Below, piece after piece: positions 25,886-34,627 of a stretch of DNA of 64,000 nt (position 1 is its first letter; each line of letters begins with the position of its first letter). Position numbers and translations under genes: made by a program. The stretch is from a virus, in IMG/VR virus record IMGVR_UViG_3300032770_000018, positions 1 to 64,000 of that record. The stretch is one strand, 5' to 3'. The notes below the pieces were generated by a model that was not told where the DNA came from, ran no database searches, and saw nothing but the letters and a program-made list of their open reading frames with translations.

Positions 25886-27564
25886 AAAAACTACTCTGCA
25901 CGCTTCTGGCGTCGGCCTCGCTCTGCGTGTTTGGCTCTGGCCTTCCAACATTCACCGGAATTGTGAAGGGAGACGGCTCGGGCCTAACGAATCTCAATCC
26001 TTTGTCGCTGCCACAGAGCCTGCCAGTGGGCAATACCAATGCGATTATCGTCACCGGCCTGGGGGCCAACTTTGTGACATGGCTTAACGGGGTCAACGGC
26101 CCGGCAACCAACCTGACGGCTGCCAACGGCACGTACTACGTGAGCAACAGCCTGGGCTTTGCCTATCTGCCAGGAACCACCTTTGCGATTGACCTGACTG
26201 TGTTTGTGCTGTCGAACGCGGTGTTCGCGGAGGACCTGAACAACGTGACGGTGCTGGCTACGGTGGCTTTGCCGGCTGCCAACCCGGCTCAGCCAGGCAG
26301 CGAGGTTGGGAGCATGACTCAGGGGACCGCGGACGGCAATGGCGCGTCCTACCCGGGATGCTCGATCAGTTACCGGAGCAACAGCGCGAACTTTTTCCCG
26401 GCCGCAACAAGTCAGGAGTTTTTCCAGTACCTTCGCGACGCGCTCAAACCGATGGCGAGTGCGCTGCTCTCCTCAAATCTTTTCAGCGCCACCAGCGGAA
26501 CGCTCAAAGGTTACAGTTTGCTGAGTGGAGGCTATCCATCAGTCGGCACGTACACCTTTGTTGGCGACACCTACACCGCCGTCCCCGGTTGCTTAGACGC
26601 GATGAGCGTAGCGTCTTTGTCAAATCAGGTGAGCCGCTACATGGGGCTGGCCACGAATGGTTTTCCTTTTTTGTACGATTCGCTCCTCGCTGATTCGTCC
26701 CTGAGTGGGTACCCGGGGAGTCCACCGCTCACGAACCTGATGTGCGCAGGTTTCCTGGGTTACGTGCAGATCGTGTACGACCTGTGGCAAGCGTCTGGTA
26801 AGGCGCCGTGGGTGTGGGGCGCCTTTGGTGGGAATGTGACGAACTTGCTCAGCACGACCAACGTCATCAACCACTTAACCTTTTCCTACAAGCAGGCGCA
26901 GCATCCGCTGGATGACGACGCGACGATGGACGCGTTCTATGACGGCCCGGATTATTTCTGCCTGGGCAGCGTGTTCCGGTGGGTGGCGTTGCAGCAAGCG
27001 GCGGAGATGGCTGACAGCGGCTACCATCCACTGGACGCAACCGCGTTTCGGAACGAGTCGGGCCTGCTCAAATCGAACTTGGTAGCGATTCTCTGGGACA
27101 ATACGGCTGGGCTGTTCAAGGCGGGGACAAATGCCTCGACACATGCTCACTGGCACAATATCCCCGCTAACCTGATGGCGGCGCGACTGGGGATCGGTTA
27201 CGGGACCAACCAGGCGGCGATACTGTCCAACACGGTGGCTTTTTACGGCAAGGGCTCGTGGTCTGACGCTTGGGCGCAGGTGTATCACTATCCCACGAAT
27301 GAAGTGACGCCGTACACGGGCGCAATCTCTGCCCCGTGGTCTTATCCTTACCTCTACTGGGCGGATGAGTACGGCGGCTGCCTGGAGTTGACGCGTCCCG
27401 ACCTCGCTCAAGCCTACTGGCTGCAATGGGCAACGCATTTCCTGACGATTGGGGACACTGACCCGATTGTTGGGGGTGGTGTGCGCAGTCCGAACTTTTT
27501 CAAGCCTTACGCGCACATCCGGTGGCGTGCGGGCGATGCGGCGGCATTTAATTGCCCAAAATGA
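25882..27564 (+). CDS. exported protein: signal peptide, TN-rich N-terminus, (alpha/alpha)-barrel glycoside hydrolase-like C-terminus
   Basis: MKKLLCTLLASASLCVFG; GDGSGLTNL fibre-like motif; ALQQAAEMA...LWDNTAGLF six-hairpin-like pattern. Confidence 0.6.
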   Translation: MKKLLCTLLASASLCVFGSGLPTFTGIVKGDGSGLTNLNPLSLPQSLPVGNTNAIIVTGLGANFVTWLNGVNGPATNLTAANGTYYVSNSLGFAYLPGTTFAIDLTVFVLSNAVFAEDLNNVTVLATVALPAANPAQPGSEVGSMTQGTADGNGASYPGCSISYRSNSANFFPAATSQEFFQYLRDALKPMASALLSSNLFSATSGTLKGYSLLSGGYPSVGTYTFVGDTYTAVPGCLDAMSVASLSNQVSRYMGLATNGFPFLYDSLLADSSLSGYPGSPPLTNLMCAGFLGYVQIVYDLWQASGKAPWVWGAFGGNVTNLLSTTNVINHLTFSYKQAQHPLDDDATMDAFYDGPDYFCLGSVFRWVALQQAAEMADSGYHPLDATAFRNESGLLKSNLVAILWDNTAGLFKAGTNASTHAHWHNIPANLMAARLGIGYGTNQAAILSNTVAFYGKGSWSDAWAQVYHYPTNEVTPYTGAISAPWSYPYLYWADEYGGCLELTRPDLAQAYWLQWATHFLTIGDTDPIVGGGVRSPNFFKPYAHIRWRAGDAAAFNCPK

Positions 27565-28154
27565 CCCGTCTCCTCACTATCCTCCTTTGCCTATTCGCCT
27601 TCGCGGGCGTGACGCAGACGAATCACATCACACACTTGTGGCAGGTGCAGGCCATCGGCGCGGCGAAGCGGGAAGGCCCTCACGCCTACAGCATGATGAT
27701 GCAATCACTCGGACTGGTGCCCCCACCAAGGACCAATCCGCCTGTCTTGCTCGCGGCGTGGACGGCCTCCATTGACCCGCTGGCTACCAGCAATCGAATC
27801 TATGCGGTGTCTGGCGGTAAGACCAATGTCACAGCCACGAGCAACACCAACGAGGCCGCGCTCGTCATCACCAATCGAACTAGCCTGACCGTGACCGCCG
27901 TTGACACCGTGAGTAAGCGCGAGAGTCTGCCGTCGAACACGGTTCACTACCCCGGCACGGCTGTTCTCCAATTCAGCAGCAAGACCGGAACAAATGTTGA
28001 GTTCACATCGGCATTCGCCGCCAAGCCACGTTGGGGCGTCACTAACTCCACCGTGACTATCAGCAACCCGCCACTCGCGGGCCTCGGTCAATTCTACCGC
28101 GCCATCGGGGGGATGAACCCGCCAAAGCGGTGGATAGATTACAACGGGCCATGA
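27561..28154 (+). CDS. exported FN3-like protein
   Basis: Signal peptide; W..S...VTAVD...ESLPSN; terminal FYR motif. Confidence 0.65.
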   Translation: MTRLLTILLCLFAFAGVTQTNHITHLWQVQAIGAAKREGPHAYSMMMQSLGLVPPPRTNPPVLLAAWTASIDPLATSNRIYAVSGGKTNVTATSNTNEAALVITNRTSLTVTAVDTVSKRESLPSNTVHYPGTAVLQFSSKTGTNVEFTSAFAAKPRWGVTNSTVTISNPPLAGLGQFYRAIGGMNPPKRWIDYNGP

Positions 28155-28393
28155 CTGCCATCGAGAGAAACCAACCGCTAGACGTGCTGGACATTGAAAT
28201 CATCCGGCACCGGGGCTATCAGGATGCACCTGACAAGGAACTTGCTGTGGTCCTAGGAATAACACGCCCCGCAATGGAGGCGAGGTTGAAAAAGCTTCGA
28301 CGCATTTTCGGGCGCTGCGACCACCTGTTCATGCACCAGCTTGCCACCGCTTTTGGTCTGGCCCCTGTAATGCCCGTGATTTATGCCTCCTAA
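28151..28393 (+). CDS. LuxR-type HTH protein
   Basis: DKELAVVLGITRPAMEARLKKLRRIFG. Confidence 0.7.
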   Translation: MTAIERNQPLDVLDIEIIRHRGYQDAPDKELAVVLGITRPAMEARLKKLRRIFGRCDHLFMHQLATAFGLAPVMPVIYAS

Positions 28394-28634
28394 CAACCAG
28401 TCCCTCGAAATCGTGACCATCGTGCTCAGTGTCGGCTCGATCACGTTTCCAATCCTATTCGGGTTCATTATTTGGAAGATGATGAAGATTTTCGTCACCC
28501 GCGAGAGCTTTGACGATTACAAGAAGCTGGCGGACACGCAGCGGGCAGCTTTGGTGGATTCAAATATCAGGATCGAGAAGAAGTTGGACCTGCTGGTTGA
28601 GGCCCAAATGAACGGCAGAAGTCATGCGCGATGA
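28383..28634 (+). CDS. TM + coiled-coil protein (holin/hemolysin-like)
   Basis: N-terminal TM helix, RIEKKLD tail. Confidence 0.6.
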   Translation: MPPNNQSLEIVTIVLSVGSITFPILFGFIIWKMMKIFVTRESFDDYKKLADTQRAALVDSNIRIEKKLDLLVEAQMNGRSHAR

Positions 28635-28852
28635 ACAAGATCGAGGCTTACCTCTTGACCTGTCAGACCTCAGCGATTTGCGTGATCATCATTTCGGCGC
28701 TGGCTATCGTCGGATGGCTCTCGGGAGCTATCAGGCTCGCGTCATGGGGAAGCGCGGTGCCAATGTCTTTGCCGACAGCGGTTTGCTTCATTGCTATAGC
28801 GGTCAACGGGTTTCTTTTGGCCGAGTCGTTTCGGGTAACACGCAAGGAATAA
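28631..28852 (+). CDS. two-TM membrane protein
   Basis: Hydrophobic; coupled. Confidence 0.6.
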   Translation: MNKIEAYLLTCQTSAICVIIISALAIVGWLSGAIRLASWGSAVPMSLPTAVCFIAIAVNGFLLAESFRVTRKE

Positions 28853-28853
28853 A

Positions 28854-29186
28854 ATGACCAACAGCACGCGCAAATGGCTTCGGGCTGGGATTGAGACCTT
28901 CATCCACGGCGGGGCGGCGGCAGTCGGAGGCGGCGTCGGCGCGGCTGCCATTGACTCGATCAACTTCGGGCTCTGCACGGCCAAGTCGTGGAAGCTCATG
29001 GGGTCGTGCTTTCTGGTAAACGGTATGCTCCGGTTCTTTCAGTGGTGGAGCAACAACCCGCTGCCAATGGACTCTAACCCGCCTTTCCCGATTGCGCCAG
29101 CCATCAGCCTAAACCCTCTGGCAAAGGTCCAGACGATTGCGCCGCAGCCGCCTGCACCGGGACCGGAGCCCGCGCCGAAGCCATGA
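28854..29186 (+). CDS. holin-like membrane protein
   Basis: KWL..G..TFIHGGA...YL/W..NPLP pattern. Confidence 0.55.
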   Translation: MTNSTRKWLRAGIETFIHGGAAAVGGGVGAAAIDSINFGLCTAKSWKLMGSCFLVNGMLRFFQWWSNNPLPMDSNPPFPIAPAISLNPLAKVQTIAPQPPAPGPEPAPKP

Positions 29187-29384
29187 TCACCCGCAAAGAG
29201 CTTATCCGCATCATCATCGGCCTGGCGGTGATTGCGCCAAACCATGCTTGACGCTATTCTGCTTTTGACCTATGCTTTTCTCGCTTTGAGTGACGCACAA
29301 AAACCTTTGCCGTCTGCCGCGTTGGAAACTTCGCAAGTCGTATCCTCAAAGCACGCGGCGGACGGCGCTTTGGTTTCAAAGAGC

Positions 29385-30419
29385 ATGAGCGAACCGATCC
29401 ACATAATTAGCCTCGGCGCTGGCGTGCAGTCTTCAACGGATGCTCTGATGGCCAGCGAAGGGGAATCCCCGCCGATGCCGGACTTGGGTTGTTTTGCCGA
29501 CACACAACGGGAGCCCCTGAGTGTTTATCTGTGGCTCTCAAAACTATGTGGCGTACAAGTGCGGTTCCGTCCAAATGGAAGGCCATACGTCGAACCGGGC
29601 GTTTACCACTCTGGCCTTCTTAAATTTCCAGTTCACATTGTCACAAAAGGCGACATCGGAGAAGATGCGCTGCGGGTGAGAAAGCGCAAGGACGGCAATG
29701 GTTCATGGGTGCGCAGTGGAGTTCCTCACTACAGCATCAATGCTGATGGATTAAAAGGCCACGGACCTAGGCAATGCACGTATGATTTCAAAATTATACC
29801 GTTAGAGCAGGAGCAACGCCGATTGATTGGCAAAGACAAGATGAGAGTATGGCGCAAGAGGCACCGATCAGCTTTGAAGGAAATTGCCAAACACGAGAAA
29901 GAACTGTCGGTGTGGAAGCGTGCAAAAAAGGCAGGGTTGCCGCATTCTCCGGTTGCTCCATTAAGACCAGAGGTGGCGTGGGCAGAATGTCAAGCAGACC
30001 CGCTTGTCGTGGTCCGTATTGGCATTTCCACAGACGAGGCAGGCCGCGCAAAGCCATCACGGATTCCTTGGGCAGTTCATCGTTGGCCGCATTTAGAGAG
30101 GGGCACGAACCGGGATGGATGCGTCGAATGGTTAGCCGCCCGAAATCTTAAAGCTCCGAAATCAGCTTGCGAATTTTGCCCATACCATGATGACGATGAA
30201 TGGATCAGATTGAGGGATGTCGAACCGGAGAGCTTTGCCCGAGCTGTGCAATTCGATTATGCCTACCGCGCAGCGAAAATAAAAACTGTTTCACAAAAAG
30301 GCTTCAAGCCTTATTTACACAACAGCAGAGTCCCGCTGGACAAGGTTAAATTCCAGAAATTGCAAGGCAAACAACTGACGATGTTTAACAACGAGTGCCA
30401 AGGGATGTGCGGGGTATGA
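29385..30419 (+). CDS. PP-loop PAPS-reductase-like protein #1
   Basis: ISLGAGVQSS, FADT, CTYDFKI, IGISTDE, KSACEFCPYH, ECQGMCGV; more AT-rich; own promoter. Confidence 0.85.
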   Translation: MSEPIHIISLGAGVQSSTDALMASEGESPPMPDLGCFADTQREPLSVYLWLSKLCGVQVRFRPNGRPYVEPGVYHSGLLKFPVHIVTKGDIGEDALRVRKRKDGNGSWVRSGVPHYSINADGLKGHGPRQCTYDFKIIPLEQEQRRLIGKDKMRVWRKRHRSALKEIAKHEKELSVWKRAKKAGLPHSPVAPLRPEVAWAECQADPLVVVRIGISTDEAGRAKPSRIPWAVHRWPHLERGTNRDGCVEWLAARNLKAPKSACEFCPYHDDDEWIRLRDVEPESFARAVQFDYAYRAAKIKTVSQKGFKPYLHNSRVPLDKVKFQKLQGKQLTMFNNECQGMCGV

Positions 30420-30588
30420 AACTCGCCAAAACCATCCTCACCCTGCTCGCAGCCGGAGCCGTCGTCTGGTTCGTCGTCTGGCTGCTGACGGGTGCGTTCA
30501 CTGGCCGGGCAAGGACGACACCGAATACGATTCGTCTGGACAATTTCACCCGTATCACCCAACCTCACTGAATAGCACGAACAAATGA
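30416..30588 (+). pseudogene. small lipoprotein apparently broken by a 1-nt frameshift at the lipobox
   Basis: MKLAKTILTLLAAGAVVWFVVWLLTG in frame 0; CVHWPGK...STNK* in the -1 frame ends in ATGA coupling. Confidence 0.5.
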
Positions 30589-30809
30589 ATGGGCCTTCAT
30601 ATTGCGAGACTTGCGGCTCGTGGCCAGCGAGAGAAACAGCCAAGGGCCTTCGCTGCCACATTTTCGAGTGCCGTGACCTTGCCGCGGAACACCCCGTACC
30701 GTTACCAAATGACGCACAAATGCTCAAAGACTTGGCGGAAATCGGGGTTGCTGGTGCGCAGCAAAAGCTCAATGAGATGATTTTGGACGCGGTCTTCACT
30801 CCACTGTAA
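30585..30809 (+). CDS. small Cys-containing protein
   Basis: CxxC...CxxxxC; coupled. Confidence 0.55.
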   Translation: MNGPSYCETCGSWPARETAKGLRCHIFECRDLAAEHPVPLPNDAQMLKDLAEIGVAGAQQKLNEMILDAVFTPL

Positions 30810-30835
30810 CAACAACTCAAACTGAAAGGTTCAAA

Positions 30836-31405
30836 ATGAAAAAACTGTTCGTAATAGCATCCATCGTCGCACTGTGCGGCCTGCCAGTGAAGGCTCAAAC
30901 CAACACCACCCTGCCGACGGCCCCGCAGCCAAGCCCGCAGCAAAGCTGGCTGGTCAACGCCCTCAGCCTGCACAATCCCACGTTGGAGTACTTCACCAAT
31001 GACATTTCGGTGGAGTTGGAGCAGGCCGCCAAGATTGATTCGGCGCTCCCTGGCACGCTCCAAAGTACTACTCTCGACCTCTGGAAGCGGATCGGCACTT
31101 CCACCGAACTGGGCGGTGATGCTGAAATTGACACGCTCGGAGTCGACAACGACATCAACGGCATTTTCGGCCACGTTGATCTGCGTCTGGATTGGGACAA
31201 CATCGCCGGCGGACTTAGCCTCGGCGGTGGCCGGCAAATCACGTTGCAGACCACTCGAATCGAGGGCGGCTTCTTTGCCGAATACCGAGTGATACCCAAC
31301 GTCGGCGCAAATCTCCGGTGGTACGCCGGATACCAGCCAGACGGTGTGGCAAAGAAAGCCTACACGGCTTTGCTTTTGGGCATCACGGTCGGCCTGGGCA
31401 AGTAA
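30836..31405 (+). CDS. exported outer-membrane beta-barrel-like protein
   Basis: Signal peptide ending VKA-Q; alternating amphipathic strands. Confidence 0.55.
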   Translation: MKKLFVIASIVALCGLPVKAQTNTTLPTAPQPSPQQSWLVNALSLHNPTLEYFTNDISVELEQAAKIDSALPGTLQSTTLDLWKRIGTSTELGGDAEIDTLGVDNDINGIFGHVDLRLDWDNIAGGLSLGGGRQITLQTTRIEGGFFAEYRVIPNVGANLRWYAGYQPDGVAKKAYTALLLGITVGLGK

Positions 31406-31422
31406 TCTGATTCCCGCGAAGT

Positions 31423-31974
31423 ATGGAAATCGCCCAGTACAAGGGCAGGACATTTAATCCATCCAGGATCATCGAGTTCCTCACGCGCGGCCCGTACTCC
31501 CATTCGGCTTTTCACTTTGACGAGCACGCCAGCGTGGTGGCCGCTCAACTTGTCCGGTCGGAAACGCCAATGGGAGACCTGAGGTGGATCAGTGAGGGAA
31601 GCGTGGTCGAAGCGTGGCCCCCAAAGCTGCGCTCCGTCGAATCGCTCAGCGCCCAACACGATCCTGGAACGGTGGTAGACATCTTTGGCTACGATCCACC
31701 GCTCAGTGGCACCGAGGAGGCGGCGCTCATTAGGCTCATCATCCCAGAGATCGGCACGCCCTACGACTGGAAGGACGTGCTGCGCTTCGTCACCCGCCGG
31801 AGACCCAAGCCGGAGGACCTGGAGCGGACATGGTTTTGCTCTGAGTTTGTCACCGAACTGTCCCGCAAGATCGGGCGCCCGTTCTTCAACCAGACCGAAT
31901 CCTGGGAGGTTCCCCCATCATGGGTGCAACGCACTCGCGCGCTCAAATACCTGCGCACTGAGACAACAACCTGA
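31423..31974 (+). CDS. permuted papain-like NlpC/P60 (YiiX/YebB) amidase/peptidase
   Basis: YSHSA...VEA...GTPYDW...WFCSEFV. Confidence 0.85.
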   Translation: MEIAQYKGRTFNPSRIIEFLTRGPYSHSAFHFDEHASVVAAQLVRSETPMGDLRWISEGSVVEAWPPKLRSVESLSAQHDPGTVVDIFGYDPPLSGTEEAALIRLIIPEIGTPYDWKDVLRFVTRRRPKPEDLERTWFCSEFVTELSRKIGRPFFNQTESWEVPPSWVQRTRALKYLRTETTT

Positions 31975-32342
31975 TGCTGGTCGACATCGCCTCAAAGTTT
32001 CCGCCCCGGGCCTGCCGGATGCTCGCCAGGAAGGGCAACGGCCGGAACTGCCGGCCAAAGAGTTACGACGAAATCGCCAGGGAGGTGGGGGTAGCTCGGT
32101 CAACGCTGATCCTGATCCTCAGCCGCCCGGACTGGGGAAACACCGGGATCAGAACGGTTGACGCCATCGCACGTGCGTGCGGAGTGGACTTCCTCAATCC
32201 GAAACGGCACGCCAAACTGGTTCGCCGTGGGAAGTTCGCTCACATCGCCAACGCCAATGGGAGCCAGCGGCTGATGTTTGACCGGATACTTCCGAAGGAT
32301 ATGGGCAGCCGGCAGAGTTCTGGGCCGCCAAAGGCCATCTGA
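31974..32342 (+). CDS. XRE-like HTH protein
   Basis: SYDEIAREVGVARSTL...IARACGVD. Confidence 0.7.
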   Translation: MLVDIASKFPPRACRMLARKGNGRNCRPKSYDEIAREVGVARSTLILILSRPDWGNTGIRTVDAIARACGVDFLNPKRHAKLVRRGKFAHIANANGSQRLMFDRILPKDMGSRQSSGPPKAI

Positions 32343-32396
32343 CGGCCGCGGCGGCGCGCGGCGCGGACGCGTTGCGACGGCTGCTCTCTTCTCCTC

Positions 32397-33992
32397 TCAG
32401 GAAATGCTCGTGGCAAAGGCCGGCCGGTCTCGCCTGCCAACGGTCTCGGGGTCCAATGTCTGCAATTCCTCAGCGCACTCCATCAGCAGCGCGTAGGTCA
32501 GGGCGTCGAAGACGTGCTTGTTCTCGTCGTCCACCACGTAGTTAAGGGCGCCCTTTCCCTTTTTGAGGTCGCGCAGCATCTGGATGGTCATTGTGCAGTG
32601 GGCGCTTACGCGAATTCGTCCCTGCATCAGCAGCTTTTTCAGCAACCTCACACGCTGGGCAACGCTGTGTTTGGCCTTTGGGACCCCGATAAGCTGAATT
32701 CGGTTCCTGGATGCCGCATAGACCTCCAGATGCTGGTAGGTGTCGCCGGTGCTCTGGTACTTCTCGATGGAAGATCGATCCGACCAGGCGCGTTCCAGGT
32801 CAAGCCTGTGACCGGCGATTTCCTCGATGGACAGCCTTCCCTCGGGCATGTCGGGATTGCCCTCGATGAGCCCCATGAACGCCACGGTAAATTCCTCAAC
32901 CGACATTTCCTTGCCGATGTTGACCAGCTCGTCGAGCACGGAGAAATAGGACCGCCCGCTGATGACGTTTCGCTCGATGGCGACGGCAGCGTGGTTTTTG
33001 TCTCCCAGGTCCCAACCGGTTATCAACTCGGCGATCGTCGGACTGGGGTTGAGGTATTCCCAGTCGTCTTCATTCTGCGATGAGCAGTTTCCAACAACGT
33101 GAAGATTTTCACGGAAGCAGCCACGGAAGTGTCGGCTCTGGTCACCGAAGCCAAAAACCCACTTGCCGTTCACCAGGCGCTCATACATCCCGATGTCCGA
33201 GCCGCAGGCGACGGTGACCTCGTCGATCTGTCTGGGATCCAGCCGCGGGTTCTCGCGGATACCCCATTCCAGGACGTCCGAGTTGGTCTTGAAGAAGTCG
33301 AAAACCCGCTCAGGCAGGACGGGCAACCCCACCTCGGTATTGTGCGCGGTATACTCATCGTAGGTCCACTTGCGCTCGAGGTAGAACGCCCGGTAAATCC
33401 AGGAGCTTTCGCCTTCCTCGGCCGGGTTGGTATCGGCAATCCACTGCTGTTGCTCGAACGGGATGTTGAGCATACGCAGCGCTGGGAGGCCGTACTGGAG
33501 CACGCCACGGGTGCCGAACTTCGAAAGCTCAGAAAAGTAGATGAGGCTGAACTCCATTTCCTTGAGCTTATCCTCAACGTCGTTATCAACGTCGAGGGAG
33601 AACAACATGCACTCCGATTCACCGCCGTAGCCGTTGCGCACCCGAAAGAATGGAGTGCGGGTCTGGCCGTCAACTTTTGGACCCGGACGCTTGTCGGCGC
33701 CCATGGTGGTGTAGCGGATGCCGATGCCGGATTTGAACCACTCCGGCAGGATGTCCCGCTGCATCTTCATCCATGGGCCGCCGTCCTTCGAGTTCTTGAG
33801 CGTGCGGCTGAACATCGCGACCCGGGCGCCCTTAACCTCCCAGAGATGGCGGACGATCTTATGCAGGACGGCGATGGTCTTGCCCGATAGGCGTGGGCCG
33901 CAGACCAGCATTGCCCGCTTCATGCAGTTGTAGACCTCCAACTGCCGATCGAACAGGTCGGGAAAGAAAATGCCTTCGGAGTCGATTGGCAT
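32397..33992 (-). CDS. terL: terminase large subunit
   Basis: Walker A GPRLSGKT, Walker B LIYFSE, DTNP coupling motif, RNase H GWDLG and KHVFDALTY; ATG 33992 overlaps the GroES stop. Confidence 0.9.
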   Translation of the reverse strand: MPIDSEGIFFPDLFDRQLEVYNCMKRAMLVCGPRLSGKTIAVLHKIVRHLWEVKGARVAMFSRTLKNSKDGGPWMKMQRDILPEWFKSGIGIRYTTMGADKRPGPKVDGQTRTPFFRVRNGYGGESECMLFSLDVDNDVEDKLKEMEFSLIYFSELSKFGTRGVLQYGLPALRMLNIPFEQQQWIADTNPAEEGESSWIYRAFYLERKWTYDEYTAHNTEVGLPVLPERVFDFFKTNSDVLEWGIRENPRLDPRQIDEVTVACGSDIGMYERLVNGKWVFGFGDQSRHFRGCFRENLHVVGNCSSQNEDDWEYLNPSPTIAELITGWDLGDKNHAAVAIERNVISGRSYFSVLDELVNIGKEMSVEEFTVAFMGLIEGNPDMPEGRLSIEEIAGHRLDLERAWSDRSSIEKYQSTGDTYQHLEVYAASRNRIQLIGVPKAKHSVAQRVRLLKKLLMQGRIRVSAHCTMTIQMLRDLKKGKGALNYVVDDENKHVFDALTYALLMECAEELQTLDPETVGRRDRPAFATSIS

Positions 33993-34273
33993 TAGCCGAG
34001 GATGGCCACAACGTCGCGGATGCTGTAAACGCGACACTTCTGGCCATTGAAATCGGTTTCCTGGCTGCCGTAGCTGTTATCGACATGCACGCGATGGCCA
34101 ACCCGTAGGTCTGGTGGCAGAAGGTTTGGACGACCGCCGCGGCGCCCTCCGGAGCCGAGGAGGAGAACGATCCCCGTGCTTTGGAGTTTCGACTTTCCGT
34201 GCTCGACTAGGACGAACGATTCGGTGGGAGGAGGATCAAGTCGGACGAGGACGCGATTGCCGAGAAGCTTCAT
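33992..34273 (-). CDS. groES: co-chaperonin GroES (Cpn10)
   Basis: MKLLGNRVLVR...GIVLLLGSG...LRVGHRV...YG...DVVAILG. Confidence 0.85.
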   Translation of the reverse strand: MKLLGNRVLVRLDPPPTESFVLVEHGKSKLQSTGIVLLLGSGGRRGGRPNLLPPDLRVGHRVHVDNSYGSQETDFNGQKCRVYSIRDVVAILG

Positions 34274-34324
34274 ATCCGCAAATTGCGCTTGCAAATCCAA
34301 GTGAGGCAAGCGTAAAAGGCACCC

Positions 34325-34627
34325 ATGAGTGCACCGATTTGTAAGATTCGTCTTCCCAGCCATCACCCCGCCGTCGCCGGATTGAGGAAAGGCGACCGCG
34401 TCCACCTCATCGCCGAAAAGGCTGAAGAGGAGGCCAACGCGATGTCGGAGAAGCCGCCCGGGCCGCAGGTGCCACCGCTCGAAACGCCCTTCCACGTCAA
34501 CTCGATCGCCAAGGCGCGCGGGGCAGGCGCGGCGCTTCCCGGTGGAAAAGGCGGAGTCCAATCGCCGGCCGAATATCTCAACAGTCGCCGGCGCTCAGAG
34601 GCTGGCGCGGTTGACAGCATGTCGTGA
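34325..34627 (+). CDS. hypothetical protein
   Basis: Leaderless promoter; coupled to portal. Confidence 0.6.
   Translation: MSAPICKIRLPSHHPAVAGLRKGDRVHLIAEKAEEEANAMSEKPPGPQVPPLETPFHVNSIAKARGAGAALPGGKGGVQSPAEYLNSRRRSEAGAVDSMS

Noticed and set aside
29232-29384. Apparent signal peptide on PAPS-reductase-like #1 (and upstream extension of #2 from 40924)
   Set aside because: The extensions run through promoter/terminator DNA; family-typical starts are ATG 29385 and ATG 41020
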